DNA of 64,000 nucleotides from an uncultured Phycisphaerales bacterium (GTDB taxonomy: Bacteria > Planctomycetota > Phycisphaerae > Tepidisphaerales > Tepidisphaeraceae). Made by a program: the position numbers and the translations under genes. Below the pieces are notes generated by a model. The model did not search any database, had not been told where the DNA came from, and saw nothing but the letters and a program-made list of their open reading frames with translations. Below are positions 61,749 to 64,000 of this stretch, piece by piece (the first letter of the stretch is position 1; each line of letters begins with the position of its first letter). Location of the stretch: positions 64,001 to 128,000 of the forward strand of contig CAWJPJ010000005.1 in assembly GCA_963844715.1 (NCBI GenBank). The letters are read 5' to 3'.

Positions 61749-61793
61749 CGCTGTTGCTGTTGCCGTTTCTTAAAAATTTATAAGGAGCCACCC

Positions 61794-63272
<1,479 letters not shown>

Positions 63273-63287
63273 GAGGAAGTTGGGGCG

Positions 63288-63572
63288 ATGGACCGAATTG
63301 ACAAAGCGATTCGGCAGGCTGTGTCCGATGGTCGGTGGCTATTTACGGATCATGCGGACGAGCAGCTTGCCAATCGCGGAGTTGAAGGATGGCAGGTTGT
63401 CGCAGGAGTGGGTGACGGTGAGACCGTGGAAAGTCATCCCAAGGCCAAGCCGAATCCGAAGGTCCTCATTCGCCAAACGCTTCCCGATGGAACTTCCATT
63501 ATCGCGGTCTGGGGATTCATAAAATCCATCCGCTCCGCGACTCTAATTACGGTATACTTTGAGTTGCCATGA
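63288..63572 (+). CDS. DUF4258-domain protein (putative toxin)
   Basis: WLFTDHADEQLANRGV...IIAVW...LITVY. Confidence 0.7.
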   Translation: MDRIDKAIRQAVSDGRWLFTDHADEQLANRGVEGWQVVAGVGDGETVESHPKAKPNPKVLIRQTLPDGTSIIAVWGFIKSIRSATLITVYFELP

Positions 63573-63814
63573 AAAAGCGAATTGACAAACCGAAGACTCG
63601 CCGCGGCACGATTCGAAAGACCATCGAAACGCCCCAAATGGTCGCCGTTCTCGAGGTGCCCGTGATCTACACGGCTGAGATGCCGCAGGAGCCGCTTTTG
63701 GACGCCAAAATCGTAAAATTTCTCGACGAGGCGCGCCGCCGAACCAAGGCCGGCGACAAGCGTTGGCTCAAAAAGCACGGCGCCGAAGTATTTGTCAGCT
63801 CGCCGGCCGCTTGA
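63569..63814 (+). CDS. Small protein coupled to the DUF4258 gene (putative antitoxin)
   Basis: ATGA overlap; VAVLEVPVIY...KFLDEARR...GDKRWLKK. Confidence 0.55.
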   Translation: MKKRIDKPKTRRGTIRKTIETPQMVAVLEVPVIYTAEMPQEPLLDAKIVKFLDEARRRTKAGDKRWLKKHGAEVFVSSPAA

Positions 63815-63848
63815 GTCGTATGAGCGCCATCGATTCGGTTTGATTCGA

Positions 63849-63866
63849 TGTACAGAATGATGTACA
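63849..63866. promoter_or_regulatory. YefM-type operator
   Basis: Two TGTACA palindromes (63849-63854, 63861-63866) 12 bp apart, upstream of a Phd/YefM gene. Confidence 0.65.
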
Positions 63867-63885
63867 ATCAGCCGATAAGGGCTCT

Positions 63886-64000
63886 ATGACACGCAGTTCG
63901 GATATCACCAGTTTTACGGATTTCCGCACCCGTCTTCGCGACCATCTCGACGAGCGGAAGTCCACTAGCCGGCCCCTGTTTGTGACCAGCAACGGTCAAA
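63886..64000 (+). CDS. Phd/YefM-family antitoxin (partial)
   Basis: MTRSSDITSFTDFRTRLRDHLDERKSTSRPLFVTSNGQ, read by hand; runs off the window. Confidence 0.75.
   Translation, partial: MTRSSDITSFTDFRTRLRDHLDERKSTSRPLFVTSNGQ

Noticed and set aside
63851..63878. Sigma28 promoter TACA-N16-GCCGATAA
   Set aside because: The -35 part is better explained by the TGTACA operator, and a TA antitoxin is an unlikely sigma28 target

Overview
GC-rich bacterial chromosomal segment, most likely Planctomycetota (inferred from gene content such as CxxCGYxL...CPECG membrane proteins and a diderm flagellar cluster with fliW-csrA). Many genes, including essential ileS, are split by single-base indels, most plausibly unpolished long-read errors. 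Contents in order: a glycan cluster, PadR unit, MATE, ileS-purN, a uxaE/kdgK sugar-acid operon, several TA modules, truB, an orphan methyltransferase, an IS5 element, the flagellar cluster flgF-G-A-H-I-J-N-K-L, fliW, csrA, three flagellins, signalling genes, an MFS transporter, and sahR-GxxExxY-ahcY. Two unexplained systems stand out. (1) A sigma54-type promoter precedes a ~345-nt non-coding leader of fliW-csrA carrying about 11 GGA-loop hairpins, a CsrB/RsmZ-like sponge architecture beside a FliW-type CsrA; GGA-loop hairpins also cover the RBSs of fliW, csrA, flgA and all three flagellins. (2) Long intergenic hairpins built from 6-, 7- or 9-bp periodic units are dispersed through the window; two sets flank small genes (four-helix-bundle protein, GxxExxY protein) lodged inside normally contiguous gene pairs, suggesting autonomous and non-autonomous mobile elements.
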